The notes beneath the pieces were generated by a model that saw nothing but the letters and a program-made list of their open reading frames with translations, was not told where the DNA came from and ran no database searches. The translations under genes were made by a program, and so were the position numbers. This document shows positions 35,090 through 44,712 of a stretch of 64,000 nucleotides of DNA, piece after piece; the first letter of the stretch is position 1, and every line of letters starts with the position of its first letter. Location: the NCBI GenBank assembly GCA_944389135.1, contig CALXLG010000003.1:51488-115487 (forward strand), written 5' to 3'. The stretch is from an uncultured Alphaproteobacteria bacterium. GTDB lineage: Bacteria > Pseudomonadota > Alphaproteobacteria > Rs-D84.

Positions 35090-35653
35090 TTAATCGTTAT
35101 AAACACATCTAAAACCATATTCACGCATAGTTGCCCCTTCAGACTCTATACGATAATCAAAATACGGTGTTGGACGCATAACTTCAAAAGAAGGTCTGTC
35201 GTATACCATAACTATGCTATCAGCATTACGACCACAAACACGCTTCATTTCATAATCAGCAACTTTTGCCAAAATAGTACGTGCATCGCCATCAACATCC
35301 ATACCGTCCGCATTCTGCATTAAGCGCAAACGCATTTCACGTAAATCTGTATTACCCAGCAATATCTGAACACGAACCATGGTGCCCCTATATTCCTGCC
35401 AACGCGTTTCCATATGCGCAGTATTCCAGCGATTATCACTTTGTTCTTTTTCTTCGGCTGTCTTTGGTTTATACGAATCGATGTTAGAATATTGGTTGTC
35501 TGACTGCATAAAAGTACTTGTACGCTCGTTATACAAAGGCGCGTCTGCACCACCTTGGGCAAAATCTGTTGTGTTATATGGCGCATCTGTATCTGTTGTG
35601 CACGCCCCCAAAACAAAAACTGAGCACAGCACAAAAAGTAATGATTTTTTCAT
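35090..35653 (-). CDS. Lipoprotein of unknown function
   Basis: The product starts MKKSLLFVLCSVFVLGAC (lipobox) and is 187 aa. Confidence 0.55.
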   Translation of the reverse strand: MKKSLLFVLCSVFVLGACTTDTDAPYNTTDFAQGGADAPLYNERTSTFMQSDNQYSNIDSYKPKTAEEKEQSDNRWNTAHMETRWQEYRGTMVRVQILLGNTDLREMRLRLMQNADGMDVDGDARTILAKVADYEMKRVCGRNADSIVMVYDRPSFEVMRPTPYFDYRIESEGATMREYGFRCVYND

Positions 35654-35729
35654 ATTAATCTCTCTTTTTTTTAATTTTATCAAATAAACCTTTTTGATTC
35701 AAGTCAGGATTTATGATAAAATTAGTTTG

Positions 35730-36689
35730 ATGGCAAATGTAGTTTTAGACTCTTTATTAAAACCGCTAGAAGAATTTTACAAACCTTCGTTTGTAGAAGA
35801 GATTGCAATAAACCATGCTGGTGAAGTATGGATGCGATTGCACGGTGCACGTGTTCCTTGGGTTGCATATAATTCAGAAGTATTAACCAAGCAATACTTA
35901 ATTGACTTAATTCATACTGTTGCAAACATTTATGAACGACCGTTTGACCCAGTGCATGGCACGCCAGTTGTTTATGCCACATTACCTGGTAATCACAGAT
36001 TCACAGCAATTGCTGGTCCAAACGTACAATATGATGAAAATGATATAACAGGTGGGGTCGCATTAAATATACGCGGGACCAGTGCCCCAGATACATCTTT
36101 TGCAAACTATCACTTAAAACGCGGTGAAAAATTATTAAAAGTCAAACCACGCGAATCAAAGCGTCCTGATGACCCTTATGACAGGTTAATGACGGCAATA
36201 AATGACGGCAGTCCAATTTTAATAAGTGGTGCAACCGCAACTGGTAAGACAACTTTCTTAAATCATATGTTAAAACTAATTGACCAGAACAGCCGTGTTA
36301 TTACAGTTGAAGACGCACGTGAAATCAAAGTACCACAAAAAAACCGTGTTCACTTCGTTTTATCTAGAACAGAACAAACAAACGACTTTAATTACGCCAG
36401 ATTATTAGATTTGGTCGTACGTATGACACCAGACGTAATAATTGGTGGTGAAATTTCAACTGACAATGCATCTGTTCTGTGGGAAATGTTAGGAACTGGG
36501 CACGACCACTTTTATACAACAATTCATGCAGAAAGTGCCGAAGCAGCATACGCGGCTTTTGCAGACAGAATTTTACATACACAGCCGGCTTATGACCGCA
36601 GTGATTTAATAAAAGAGATGAAAAAGAAAATTCGCGTGGTACAATTATCTCGTGATGGTGCGCTGCGCGCAGTGACGGAAGTTGTATAA
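35730..36689 (+). CDS. VirB11/TrbB-family secretion ATPase (orphan)
   Basis: It has the N-terminus LKPLEEFYKPSFVEEIAINHAGEVWM, the Walker A motif ISGATATGKTTFLN, and ITVEDAREI and His-box-like motifs. Confidence 0.75.
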   Translation: MANVVLDSLLKPLEEFYKPSFVEEIAINHAGEVWMRLHGARVPWVAYNSEVLTKQYLIDLIHTVANIYERPFDPVHGTPVVYATLPGNHRFTAIAGPNVQYDENDITGGVALNIRGTSAPDTSFANYHLKRGEKLLKVKPRESKRPDDPYDRLMTAINDGSPILISGATATGKTTFLNHMLKLIDQNSRVITVEDAREIKVPQKNRVHFVLSRTEQTNDFNYARLLDLVVRMTPDVIIGGEISTDNASVLWEMLGTGHDHFYTTIHAESAEAAYAAFADRILHTQPAYDRSDLIKEMKKKIRVVQLSRDGALRAVTEVV

Positions 36690-36701
36690 AAAGGACAAAA
36701 A

Positions 36702-36896
36702 ATGAATTATCAAGTAAATTATGATTTATCACATGACAGATACGCAAAAATATACGATTCAAAAATAGAAAAAGATTTACAAGAACATGATAAAGAGAAT
36801 ATGTATTTAGCAGAGAAAAAAGAACAAGAACTGTTAAATAGAACTTTTCTTATTGAAAGGATAATAAATTACATAAGTAAAAAACTGCAAAAATAA
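36702..36896 (+). CDS. Small charged hypothetical protein
   Basis: 64 aa, starting 12 nt after the virB11-like stop. A terminator follows at about 36897-36925. Confidence 0.35.
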   Translation: MNYQVNYDLSHDRYAKIYDSKIEKDLQEHDKENMYLAEKKEQELLNRTFLIERIINYISKKLQK

Positions 36897-36923
36897 AAAA
36901 GCCGGATAAAACCGGCTTTTCTT

Positions 36924-37244
36924 TTATTTTAACAATTTTGATTTTAATTTTTCATACTCATCTTTTGTAATCGCTTTGTCTTTATATAGACGAGATAATT
37001 TTTCCAGCTTATCTAAATTATCTACATCTTCAACACAACTACCTTGCCAAATCAAAGATAATATTAAGGCAACAATCCATGTTACGCCAAACAGCACACC
37101 CATCAAAGACAAAATTATAATAGCCGTTTTTTCACCGCCACATATACCACGTGCATTTGCTATCATAATAGGTATGCATAGTATAGATAAGCAAACCATA
37201 ACAAATACAAACATTAATACAAAAGCTAAAAAAATGTCCCCCAT
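36924..37244 (-). CDS. Membrane protein with a C-terminal SHOCT domain
   Basis: It has two or three TM helices. The C-terminal LEKLSRLYKDKAITKDEYEKLKSKLL follows the SHOCT pattern. Confidence 0.6.
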   Translation of the reverse strand: MGDIFLAFVLMFVFVMVCLSILCIPIMIANARGICGGEKTAIIILSLMGVLFGVTWIVALILSLIWQGSCVEDVDNLDKLEKLSRLYKDKAITKDEYEKLKSKLLK

Positions 37245-37301
37245 ATTTTACTCCTTTATACACATATTATAAGAAATCTGATTTTATTTTCAATATGCAG
37301 T

Positions 37302-39515
37302 CTACATAAAATTCTGCGGTCCAACATCTACTTTTACACGAACATTTGCAGGAACTTTTACCTTGGTCAGCCAGTATTTAACCAAAGCTTGAAGGTTAGA
37401 TTTAACATCACCTGTTATTAAAAATCTCATTCTGTACCAATTTCTAATTTGATAGACTTGTGCAGCAATAGGTCCCATAATTTTGGCTCCATTTGCACTT
37501 GGCGCACAATAAGCAAGTTCTTTACAAAACTTATTTAGTACGCTTTCTTTTTGTGCTTCTACAATTACCGCTATCAGCTGACCAAAAGGGGGCATTTTTG
37601 CAGATTTTCTAGCTGCCATATCACCCGCCATAAATTCGTCCCGATTGCCAGCGCAAATTGCCTTTAGTACTGGGTTATCTGGCTGATAGGTTTGCAATAA
37701 AACCCGTCCTGGAAACTCGCCACGCCCTGCCCTGCCTGCCACTTGAAACAACTGCTGAAAAGTGTGTTCTGCCGCACGAAAATCAGTACCGTATAGACCT
37801 GCATCTGCCTCTACCACACCAACCAGTGTTAAGTTGGGGAAATGGTGGCCTTTTGCTAAAATCTGGGTACCAATAACAACATCTATTTCACCAGATTCCA
37901 TTTTATCTACCAGTCTTTCTAATGCCTGCCTTGACAGCATTGTATCACTAGATACCAGCGCAGTTTTAGCTTTTGGAAACTTTATATTAACTTCTTCTTG
38001 AATTTTTTCTAGCCCTACCCCACGCATAGAAACCGTATCACCACATTCTGGACACTTATCAGGCAACGAGGCAGTACGTCCACACATATGACACAATAAC
38101 TTATTCAACCGTTTATGATACGTCATACCGACACTACAATCAGGGCAAGTTGCGACCCAACCACATTTCTTACATTGTACAATCGGTGCAAACCCACGCC
38201 TATTTATAAACAACATCACCTGCTGACCAATTTCTAATGTTTCAGAAATAGCTCTACATAAATCAGGCGACAAGGCCCCATTTTGTTGCACATCTTCTTT
38301 ATTATCGCTTTTAACAACATAAGACTCTGGCTTACTCTGGCGCATATCAATTGTTTCTATCTTCGGCAAAGACGCCCCGCCAAATCGTGATGTTAAGCGT
38401 AATAAATTATACTTACCGTCAGAAACATTCTGCAAAGTTTCTGCGGACGGTGTAGCGCTGGCCAAAACAATAGGAAAACCTGCTATCTTTGCACGTAGAA
38501 CAGCCATATCACGTGCATGATAAATTCCCATATCTTCTTGTTTATATGACGAGTCATGCTCTTCATCCACCACTATCAAGCCCAAATTCTGCCATGGCAA
38601 GAACAACGCACTGCGCGTACCAACCACCATCCGAATATCACCGTTTAAGACCCCACGCCATATTTCACGACGACGAACCGCTGTTAAATTACTGTGCCAC
38701 ACAACGGGCGGCGCCCCAAAACGTTTTTGATAGCGTGCCATAAATTGCGCAGTTAGTGCAATTTCCGGCATCATTAACAAAACAGACTTACCTTGTTTAT
38801 ATGCCCGCCATGCAGAATCAAAATAAACCTGCGTTTTGCCACTGCCTGTTATTCCATCTAGTAAGAACGCAGAAAAGCCACCTTTTTCAATAGACTCGCC
38901 TATTTCTTCGGCTGCAAAGGCTTGCTCTGCATTAAGTTGTACACTGCCAGTGTCTTGATATTGAAAAATAAACTCGTCAGATTTCTTTACCCTGTAATCA
39001 CACGGAACCAATGTTCCATTTTTTATCATAGTTTTAACTACTGCACTGCTAACACGTGCAATATTCTGAACATCTGATGCAGACATCGCATCATTATCAT
39101 TAGAAGCAAACGCATCAAATACCGCCTGTCTTGCATCTGTCATACGTATTTTATCGTCTTTTTTCAATACGTATAATTGTTCTAGCTTTGGTTTAGAAAA
39201 CGCATCTGGAACATTTACTATCAAACGCAACACCGCCCCAGGTGCCATTAATGTCCAATCTGACATTCTTTTTATCCATTGTAAATCATTAACAGATAAC
39301 CCGGACGAAAAAACTTCTGATACATTTCTTATTTTATTATCAGGCAAACCGCTATCACCAATTCCATAAACAACACCTATATAAGACCTATTCATAACCA
39401 ATACGCGTACAAAAGTACCAAGGTTAGCATCCGCAGTTAGCCGGTAATCATAACCTGTATTTATTACGTTCGGAATTAAGACTTTTACAACATCACCTGA
39501 TTTGAACATATCCAC
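37302..39515 (-). CDS. priA: Primosomal protein N' (replication restart helicase PriA)
   Basis: It has Walker A GITGSGKTQVY, VVDEEHD, and Cys clusters CKKCGW..CPDCS...CHMCG..CPECG. Confidence 0.9.
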   Translation of the reverse strand: MDMFKSGDVVKVLIPNVINTGYDYRLTADANLGTFVRVLVMNRSYIGVVYGIGDSGLPDNKIRNVSEVFSSGLSVNDLQWIKRMSDWTLMAPGAVLRLIVNVPDAFSKPKLEQLYVLKKDDKIRMTDARQAVFDAFASNDNDAMSASDVQNIARVSSAVVKTMIKNGTLVPCDYRVKKSDEFIFQYQDTGSVQLNAEQAFAAEEIGESIEKGGFSAFLLDGITGSGKTQVYFDSAWRAYKQGKSVLLMMPEIALTAQFMARYQKRFGAPPVVWHSNLTAVRRREIWRGVLNGDIRMVVGTRSALFLPWQNLGLIVVDEEHDSSYKQEDMGIYHARDMAVLRAKIAGFPIVLASATPSAETLQNVSDGKYNLLRLTSRFGGASLPKIETIDMRQSKPESYVVKSDNKEDVQQNGALSPDLCRAISETLEIGQQVMLFINRRGFAPIVQCKKCGWVATCPDCSVGMTYHKRLNKLLCHMCGRTASLPDKCPECGDTVSMRGVGLEKIQEEVNIKFPKAKTALVSSDTMLSRQALERLVDKMESGEIDVVIGTQILAKGHHFPNLTLVGVVEADAGLYGTDFRAAEHTFQQLFQVAGRAGRGEFPGRVLLQTYQPDNPVLKAICAGNRDEFMAGDMAARKSAKMPPFGQLIAVIVEAQKESVLNKFCKELAYCAPSANGAKIMGPIAAQVYQIRNWYRMRFLITGDVKSNLQALVKYWLTKVKVPANVRVKVDVGPQNFM

Positions 39516-39577
39516 AAAGTACTTGTTTTTTTGATTTTTTTCAATACTATTCTATAACATAATATAAAGAGATATTT

Positions 39578-40288
39578 ATGTGGAAATTATTCTTTGAAAT
39601 TTGTGATTTTTTATGTGTTCTAATTCCAAATAAAAAACTGCGCAATAAAATTCGCACCGAAAACTTATACGATTGGAAAAATAAATATAACGCCTTAAAA
39701 AAGAAATACCCAGAACTTAATTTTAGAAAGACTAAAATGATAAAAGGTGGTTGGAACATCGGCTTTATAGTTGATAAAAAATACGTCTTCAAAATAAGAA
39801 AATCTTTTGATAACTCTTTGCCAACCGATAAAATAGAACGCGAGAAAAGAATAACAGATGCTTTTGCAGGTATATCACCACTAAAAATTCCTAAAATTGA
39901 AATCATAAAAGCTGGTAAATACGTCTTTTTTAAATATGACTTTATCCCAGGCAAAAATTTAAATACTTTTTCATCACATAAAATAAAACAAAACAAAGAA
40001 AAGTGGGGCAAACAACTGGCCGAATTTATATACGCCATACATAATCATAATCCAAAAGAAATAAATGATTTAAAGGGCGAAAATATTGGCGATGGTTGGA
40101 ACCACAACGATATATGCAACAATATCATAGTAAATAAGAAAACTATGAATATCATCGGGATAATTGACTGGGAATATTCCGGATGGGGATTGTTGGAAAC
40201 AGAATTTATAAATTGCGTAAAATTTTCCGAAAAGATTAAATCCTCTGGAATTTTACCAATCATAAAAAACGAATATAAAAAGCTGTAA
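39578..40288 (+). CDS. Aminoglycoside/choline-kinase-type phosphotransferase family protein
   Basis: GWNHNDICNNIIV...IIDWEYSGWG matches the HxDxxxxN...DWE catalytic pattern. The gene is AT-rich. Confidence 0.65.
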   Translation: MWKLFFEICDFLCVLIPNKKLRNKIRTENLYDWKNKYNALKKKYPELNFRKTKMIKGGWNIGFIVDKKYVFKIRKSFDNSLPTDKIEREKRITDAFAGISPLKIPKIEIIKAGKYVFFKYDFIPGKNLNTFSSHKIKQNKEKWGKQLAEFIYAIHNHNPKEINDLKGENIGDGWNHNDICNNIIVNKKTMNIIGIIDWEYSGWGLLETEFINCVKFSEKIKSSGILPIIKNEYKKL

Positions 40289-40362
40289 ACGCCCAACAAA
40301 AGATTGACAAAACCACATATTTGTATATCATAAATTTAGTCTTGTAAAAAAGAGGGCTTTTT

Positions 40363-40914
40363 ATGAACAACAAACGAAATAAAATATCAGCTGCACAGAA
40401 AACATTTTCTGCTTATACAAAATACATAACAGAAGAATTCTTGGAAAAATATGGTGCTTCTTATTCAAATGCAGAAAGCGTAAAAAACACTTGGCGCCAT
40501 AAAACACCATACTATAAAGAAATTGAAGATTTTTTGATTTTTAAGTCAAAAATGTTTATACGCTTGCTTGATACAAGAGATTCTAATTCTACAAACCCAG
40601 AATTTTTAAAAGCTCTGATAGACCTGATATCAGATTATTTATCTGCATATACTCAGAAAAGTTCAGAAAAAATAAAACGGAAAAAAGCAAAAGAACAGCT
40701 TAATCGCATTCTTTACAATCAGTCTGCATATATTCAAACATTATTAGAGAAGCAAGCAATAAACCGCGCAAAACGCAACCACAGACAGACCAAATATATA
40801 CGAGAAACCAGAAGTAAAAAAAGCGAAACACAAAACGCACTACAAAATTTCAACTGCACCAAAAAATTCACCAAAGTACAATTCATTGAAATGTGCTATA
40901 TTAAGAACAAATAA
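40363..40914 (+). CDS. Basic hypothetical protein
   Basis: 183 aa, Lys/Arg-rich, with no recognised motif. Confidence 0.4.
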   Translation: MNNKRNKISAAQKTFSAYTKYITEEFLEKYGASYSNAESVKNTWRHKTPYYKEIEDFLIFKSKMFIRLLDTRDSNSTNPEFLKALIDLISDYLSAYTQKSSEKIKRKKAKEQLNRILYNQSAYIQTLLEKQAINRAKRNHRQTKYIRETRSKKSETQNALQNFNCTKKFTKVQFIEMCYIKNK

Positions 40915-40923
40915 TAATTCTTA

Positions 40924-41814
40924 TTATTTTACGAAAGTCTTTATTTCTTCATCGGCAGTGAACTGTGTTCTAAACCAAGTTCTCTGTCGTTTTGCATATT
41001 GATTGGTTTTTGTAATCCAGTTTTGAATACATTCTTCTTGCGTTATTTCCCCACGCAAAAAAGAACACAACTGATGCGCACCAATTGCACGCATTTCATC
41101 CCAACCTGATTCAATTACAGCACGCGCTTCTGCCATTGCACCACCAGCTAACATTTTTGGTATTCTGTTTGCAATACGCTGACGTAATAAATCTGCCGGC
41201 GGATTTATTAATATTCTGTGTGGTGTTGGAACAATTGCACCAACACGTGGTAAAGACTGCCAATAAGTTATATGCTTGCCTGTTTCAAAAAAAACTTCCA
41301 GCGCACGCGCAACACGTTGTGGGTCTGTTGCCGAAAAGTCATCCGGCAAAAGCTTGCGTGCAGCAATTATATCTTCTTCTGCCAAAGTTCTTGCTTTACT
41401 TCTGCTTTCCTCTGAAACATCTGGCATCGGAGATATACCATTTATAATAGCATTTATATAATAACCCGTTCCACCAACAAATATTGGTGTATAACCAGAT
41501 GCCTTGGCCTTATCATACTCTTGTCGCGCCAAACGCAAATAATCAACAACGCTTATCTGGGTATCCAACGGTAATATAGAAAATAGCCGATATGGTACAC
41601 CCTCTATCTTATCTGTAATTGGCAGACCAGCAAACGGACTAGCAGAGATATTTTCAATACCTTTATAAATTTGAACACTATCGGCATTGATTATAACCCC
41701 ATTTATTTGCTTTGCCAAGTTGTGCGCAAAGTCAGATTTTCCTGACGCTGTTGGTCCTGTAATAATATAAGAATCAAACTTTTCCATTTGCGTAATTATA
41801 GAACACAACGCCAT
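40924..41814 (-). CDS. miaA: tRNA dimethylallyltransferase
   Basis: It has the P-loop ITGPTASGKSD. The alternative ATG at 41787 may be the true start. Confidence 0.85.
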   Translation of the reverse strand: MALCSIITQMEKFDSYIITGPTASGKSDFAHNLAKQINGVIINADSVQIYKGIENISASPFAGLPITDKIEGVPYRLFSILPLDTQISVVDYLRLARQEYDKAKASGYTPIFVGGTGYYINAIINGISPMPDVSEESRSKARTLAEEDIIAARKLLPDDFSATDPQRVARALEVFFETGKHITYWQSLPRVGAIVPTPHRILINPPADLLRQRIANRIPKMLAGGAMAEARAVIESGWDEMRAIGAHQLCSFLRGEITQEECIQNWITKTNQYAKRQRTWFRTQFTADEEIKTFVK

Positions 41815-41913
41815 AAAATCAAGCCCTGTGCAAAGATATAAAAAATAATTGCAGAATCTGGTCAGAGTGCTAAAATACCCCCGTCCAATAAGATAAAAAC
41901 GAAAGGAAAAAAT

Positions 41914-42915
41914 ATGTCAAAAATAAGAGTTGCTATAAACGGTTTCGGGCGTATTGGTCGCTTGGTTTTACGCGCCGCCTTGGAATCAGGTCGTGATGAT
42001 ATTGAATTTGTTGCCGTTAATGATTTAGCACCAGCAGAACAAAATGCATATTTGTTACAATACGATTCTGTTCACGGCAAATTGCCAATGGACGTTAAAC
42101 TAGACGGTGAATATATTTTGGTTGGAAACCAGAAAATTAAATGCATTGCAGAAAAAGACCCAACAAAATTACCATGGGGTGAATTGAATATTGATGTTGT
42201 TATGGAATGCACAGGTATTTTCACAGCAGCAGAAAAAGCAAAAGTTCATTTAGATTGTGGCGCAAAACGCGTATTGGTATCTGCACCATCTGCAGGTGCT
42301 GATAAAACAATCGTATTTGGTGTAAACCAAGATACATTGACATCCGAAGACTTGATAGTATCAAACGCATCTTGCACAACAAACTGCTTGGCACCTGTTG
42401 CAAAAGTATTAGACGACACATTTGGCATTATATCTGGCTGGATGACAACTGTTCACGCTTATACTGGTGACCAACAATTGTTAGACAAAAACCACAAAGA
42501 TTTCCGTCGTGCACGTGCAGCAGGTTTATCAATGATACCAACCAGCACAGGTGCTGCAAAAGCAATTGGTTTGGTATTACCAAAATTAGCTGGCAAACTT
42601 GACGGTATGGCAATTCGCGTACCAACACCAGATGTATCTGTTGTTGAGCTGGTTGTAAACTTGGAAAAATCTGCAACAGTTGAAGCAGTAAATGCAGCAA
42701 TGAAAGCAGCAGAATCAAAGACATTTGGTTATAATGACAAGCCATTGGTATCCGTTGACTTTACAGGCGATGCACACAGTTCAATATTTGACGCATCACA
42801 AACAAAAGTCTTGGAAGATAAACTTGTACACGTAACAGCATGGTACGACAACGAATGGGGTTTCTCAAATCGTATGGGCGACACAGCGGTTGCGATGGGG
42901 AAACTTATAAAATAA
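41914..42915 (+). CDS. gap: Glyceraldehyde-3-phosphate dehydrogenase
   Basis: It contains the NGFGRIGR motif and the active-site motif SNASCTTNCLAP. Confidence 0.92.
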   Translation: MSKIRVAINGFGRIGRLVLRAALESGRDDIEFVAVNDLAPAEQNAYLLQYDSVHGKLPMDVKLDGEYILVGNQKIKCIAEKDPTKLPWGELNIDVVMECTGIFTAAEKAKVHLDCGAKRVLVSAPSAGADKTIVFGVNQDTLTSEDLIVSNASCTTNCLAPVAKVLDDTFGIISGWMTTVHAYTGDQQLLDKNHKDFRRARAAGLSMIPTSTGAAKAIGLVLPKLAGKLDGMAIRVPTPDVSVVELVVNLEKSATVEAVNAAMKAAESKTFGYNDKPLVSVDFTGDAHSSIFDASQTKVLEDKLVHVTAWYDNEWGFSNRMGDTAVAMGKLIK

Positions 42916-42920
42916 GTTAG

Positions 42921-42947
42921 AAAATCCGCCGACTTGGCGGATTTTTT
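42921..42947 (+). terminator. Rho-independent terminator after gap
   Basis: ATCCGCC-gactt-GGCGGAT followed by T6. Confidence 0.7.
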
Positions 42948-43009
42948 AATATTTATAAAAAAAGTCTTGCAATTATGTTTATAACATTATAATATATGGC
43001 TTGCTTTAA

Positions 43010-43087
43010 GGGGTTGTAGCTCAGCTGGTTTAGAGCGTCTGCCTGTCACGCAGAAGGTCGCGGGTTCGAGCCCCGTCAATCCCGCCA
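43010..43087 (+). tRNA. tRNA-Asp (anticodon GTC)
   Basis: The sequence is GGGGTTG-TA-GCTC...TCTGC-CTGTCAC-GCAGA-AGGTC-GCGGG-TTCGAGC-CCCGT-CAATCCC-G-CCA. Confidence 0.9.
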
Positions 43088-43261
43088 GCAATTTCGCACC
43101 GCATGGTGCGTTTTTTATTGACGGGGCGAAGAACCCGTGCGGGTTCGTGTGCGGAGTTGGCGAAAGCGCGCCCCGGCGCGGTTAAGCCTTACCGAGCCGA
43201 AAGGGGCCCGCCATGCCACCAAGGCATGGTGGGAATTTACAACCCCGTCAATCCCGCCAGC
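43071..43261 (+). repeat. 19-bp direct repeat of the tRNA-Asp 3' end flanking a terminator plus a GC-rich ~125-nt module
   Basis: ccccgtcaatcccgccagc occurs at 43071-43089 and 43243-43261. The module starts TTGACGGGG, which is complementary to the CCCCGTCAA of the repeat, and contains GCGGGTTCG, identical to the 5' half of the T-arm. Confidence 0.85.
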
Positions 43262-43396
43262 TATTTAACGTCACTGAAAAATCAGTGACGTTTTTTATTT
43301 AAGAATATTTCCCAAAGAAAACTTTTATAATTATTGATATAATTTATATCGCTGGTATACTTAATTAGCATAAGGAATAAACAAAAGGGGGAAACT

Positions 43397-43861
43397 ATGA
43401 ACATAAAACCATTTGCAATAATTGCTGGCGTCTTGGCATTGGCAGCTTGCAGCGACAACACACCTAATCCAGAAATGTTAAAAGGTGAAAGCTTTGTATC
43501 CGCTGCCGAAGGTACAGATATTACTTTGACATTTGACCCAACAGAAATGCGTGTTAATGGTCAAGTTGTAAATTTATATAACGGCACATATCAAGCAGAA
43601 GGCGACAAGATAACATTTGGGCCAATGGCATCAACAATGATGATGGGTCCAATGAATGCGATGCAAACAGAACAAGATTATTTTCAATTCTTAACAACAG
43701 TTGAAACATATAGCTTAGAAGACGGTCGCTTGACCCTGAAGAATGCAGAAGGCAAAGAAATTGTATTTCAACAGGTAGAAGAAGACCCAACGGTTGTTGT
43801 AGAAGAAACCGAAACAGTTGAAGAAATAGATATGAACGCACCTGTTGCGGCACAAAACTAA
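43397..43861 (+). CDS. META-domain (HslJ-like) lipoprotein
   Basis: It has a lipobox (LALAAC). The sequence ITLTFDPTEMRVNGQVVNLYNGTYQAEGDKITFGPMASTMMMGP...EQDYFQFL follows the META pattern. Confidence 0.65.
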   Translation: MNIKPFAIIAGVLALAACSDNTPNPEMLKGESFVSAAEGTDITLTFDPTEMRVNGQVVNLYNGTYQAEGDKITFGPMASTMMMGPMNAMQTEQDYFQFLTTVETYSLEDGRLTLKNAEGKEIVFQQVEEDPTVVVEETETVEEIDMNAPVAAQN

Positions 43862-43891
43862 AAAAGAAAGATTAACTGGCATTAAAAAGCC

Positions 43892-43920
43892 TTGACAAAG
43901 GTAAAAATGCCAGTTATAAT
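43892..43920 (+). promoter_or_regulatory. Consensus sigma70 promoter upstream of tRNA-Glu
   Basis: TTGACA (43892-43897), a 17-nt spacer, then TATAAT (43915-43920). Confidence 0.7.
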
Positions 43921-43955
43921 TCGGCAGCGTTTTGAGTAAGAAACGCGGCAGTTTT

Positions 43956-44031
43956 GGCCCCATCGTCTAGAGGCCTAGGACACCGCCCTTTCAAGGCGAG
44001 AACACCAGTTCGAATCTGGTTGGGGCTGCCA
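43956..44031 (+). tRNA. tRNA-Glu (anticodon TTC)
   Basis: The sequence is GGCCCCA-TC-GTCT-AGAGGCCTA-GGAC...CCTTTCAAGG...CCAG-TTCGAAT-CTGG-TGGGGCT-G-CCA. A terminator follows at 44038-44064. Confidence 0.9.
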
Positions 44032-44115
44032 AAATAAATAACGACCTTCGGGTCGTTTTTTGTTTTGTTTATCTTAACAACTGTGCTAATATTTTAGTAT
44101 CAACGAGGAATCAAG

Positions 44116-44691
44116 ATGAATCCGATAAAAAAACTACCCAAAGTTATAAAAACTGAACGACTAGAAATGCGACAACTGGACGCTACATCAGAAAATGCAA
44201 AGTTAGTTTTTGATGCGGTAAAAAATGAAAATCCTGATGATTTTTATTATAATCCTATTGCAAAAAACGCCATACCTAAAACATCGTCAGAAATGTTAAA
44301 GAAAATGCAACAAGAAGATGAATACTCAAAATCAACAGGTGCAAATTATTATATATTTCATGACGCTAAACTAATCGGATATCGCAGATTTCATTTCTTT
44401 GACGATGCCACAAAAACACTTCAAATGTCTATAGTATGGTTGGTGCGTTCTGCGTGGGGCAAAGGTTTTGCAAAAGAAACGTCCGATAAAATAGAAGAAA
44501 TTGCTTTTAATATTCTGGGAGCAAATAGAATAACCCGCCAATGCAGCACAGAAAACGTTCGATCTGCAAACTCTATTAAATCATCTGGTTTTCATCTTGA
44601 CGGCGTTTCACGTCAGGGTGGTGTATATCCAGACAATAAAGTATATGACGTTATGTTCTGGTCAAAACTTAAGTCAGAGTATAAAAAATAA
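44116..44691 (+). CDS. GNAT-family N-acetyltransferase (RimJ/RimL-like)
   Basis: 191 aa. The ...WGKGFAKE... segment is typical of the acetyl-CoA binding region. Confidence 0.6.
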   Translation: MNPIKKLPKVIKTERLEMRQLDATSENAKLVFDAVKNENPDDFYYNPIAKNAIPKTSSEMLKKMQQEDEYSKSTGANYYIFHDAKLIGYRRFHFFDDATKTLQMSIVWLVRSAWGKGFAKETSDKIEEIAFNILGANRITRQCSTENVRSANSIKSSGFHLDGVSRQGGVYPDNKVYDVMFWSKLKSEYKK

Positions 44692-44712
44692 AATCCCCAT
44701 TTTGGGGACTTT

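Noticed and set aside
43103-43288. A 61-aa ORF downstream of tRNA-Asp.
   Set aside because: It starts inside the tRNA terminator and runs through the GC-rich module and the tRNA 3'-end repeat. It is most likely non-coding.
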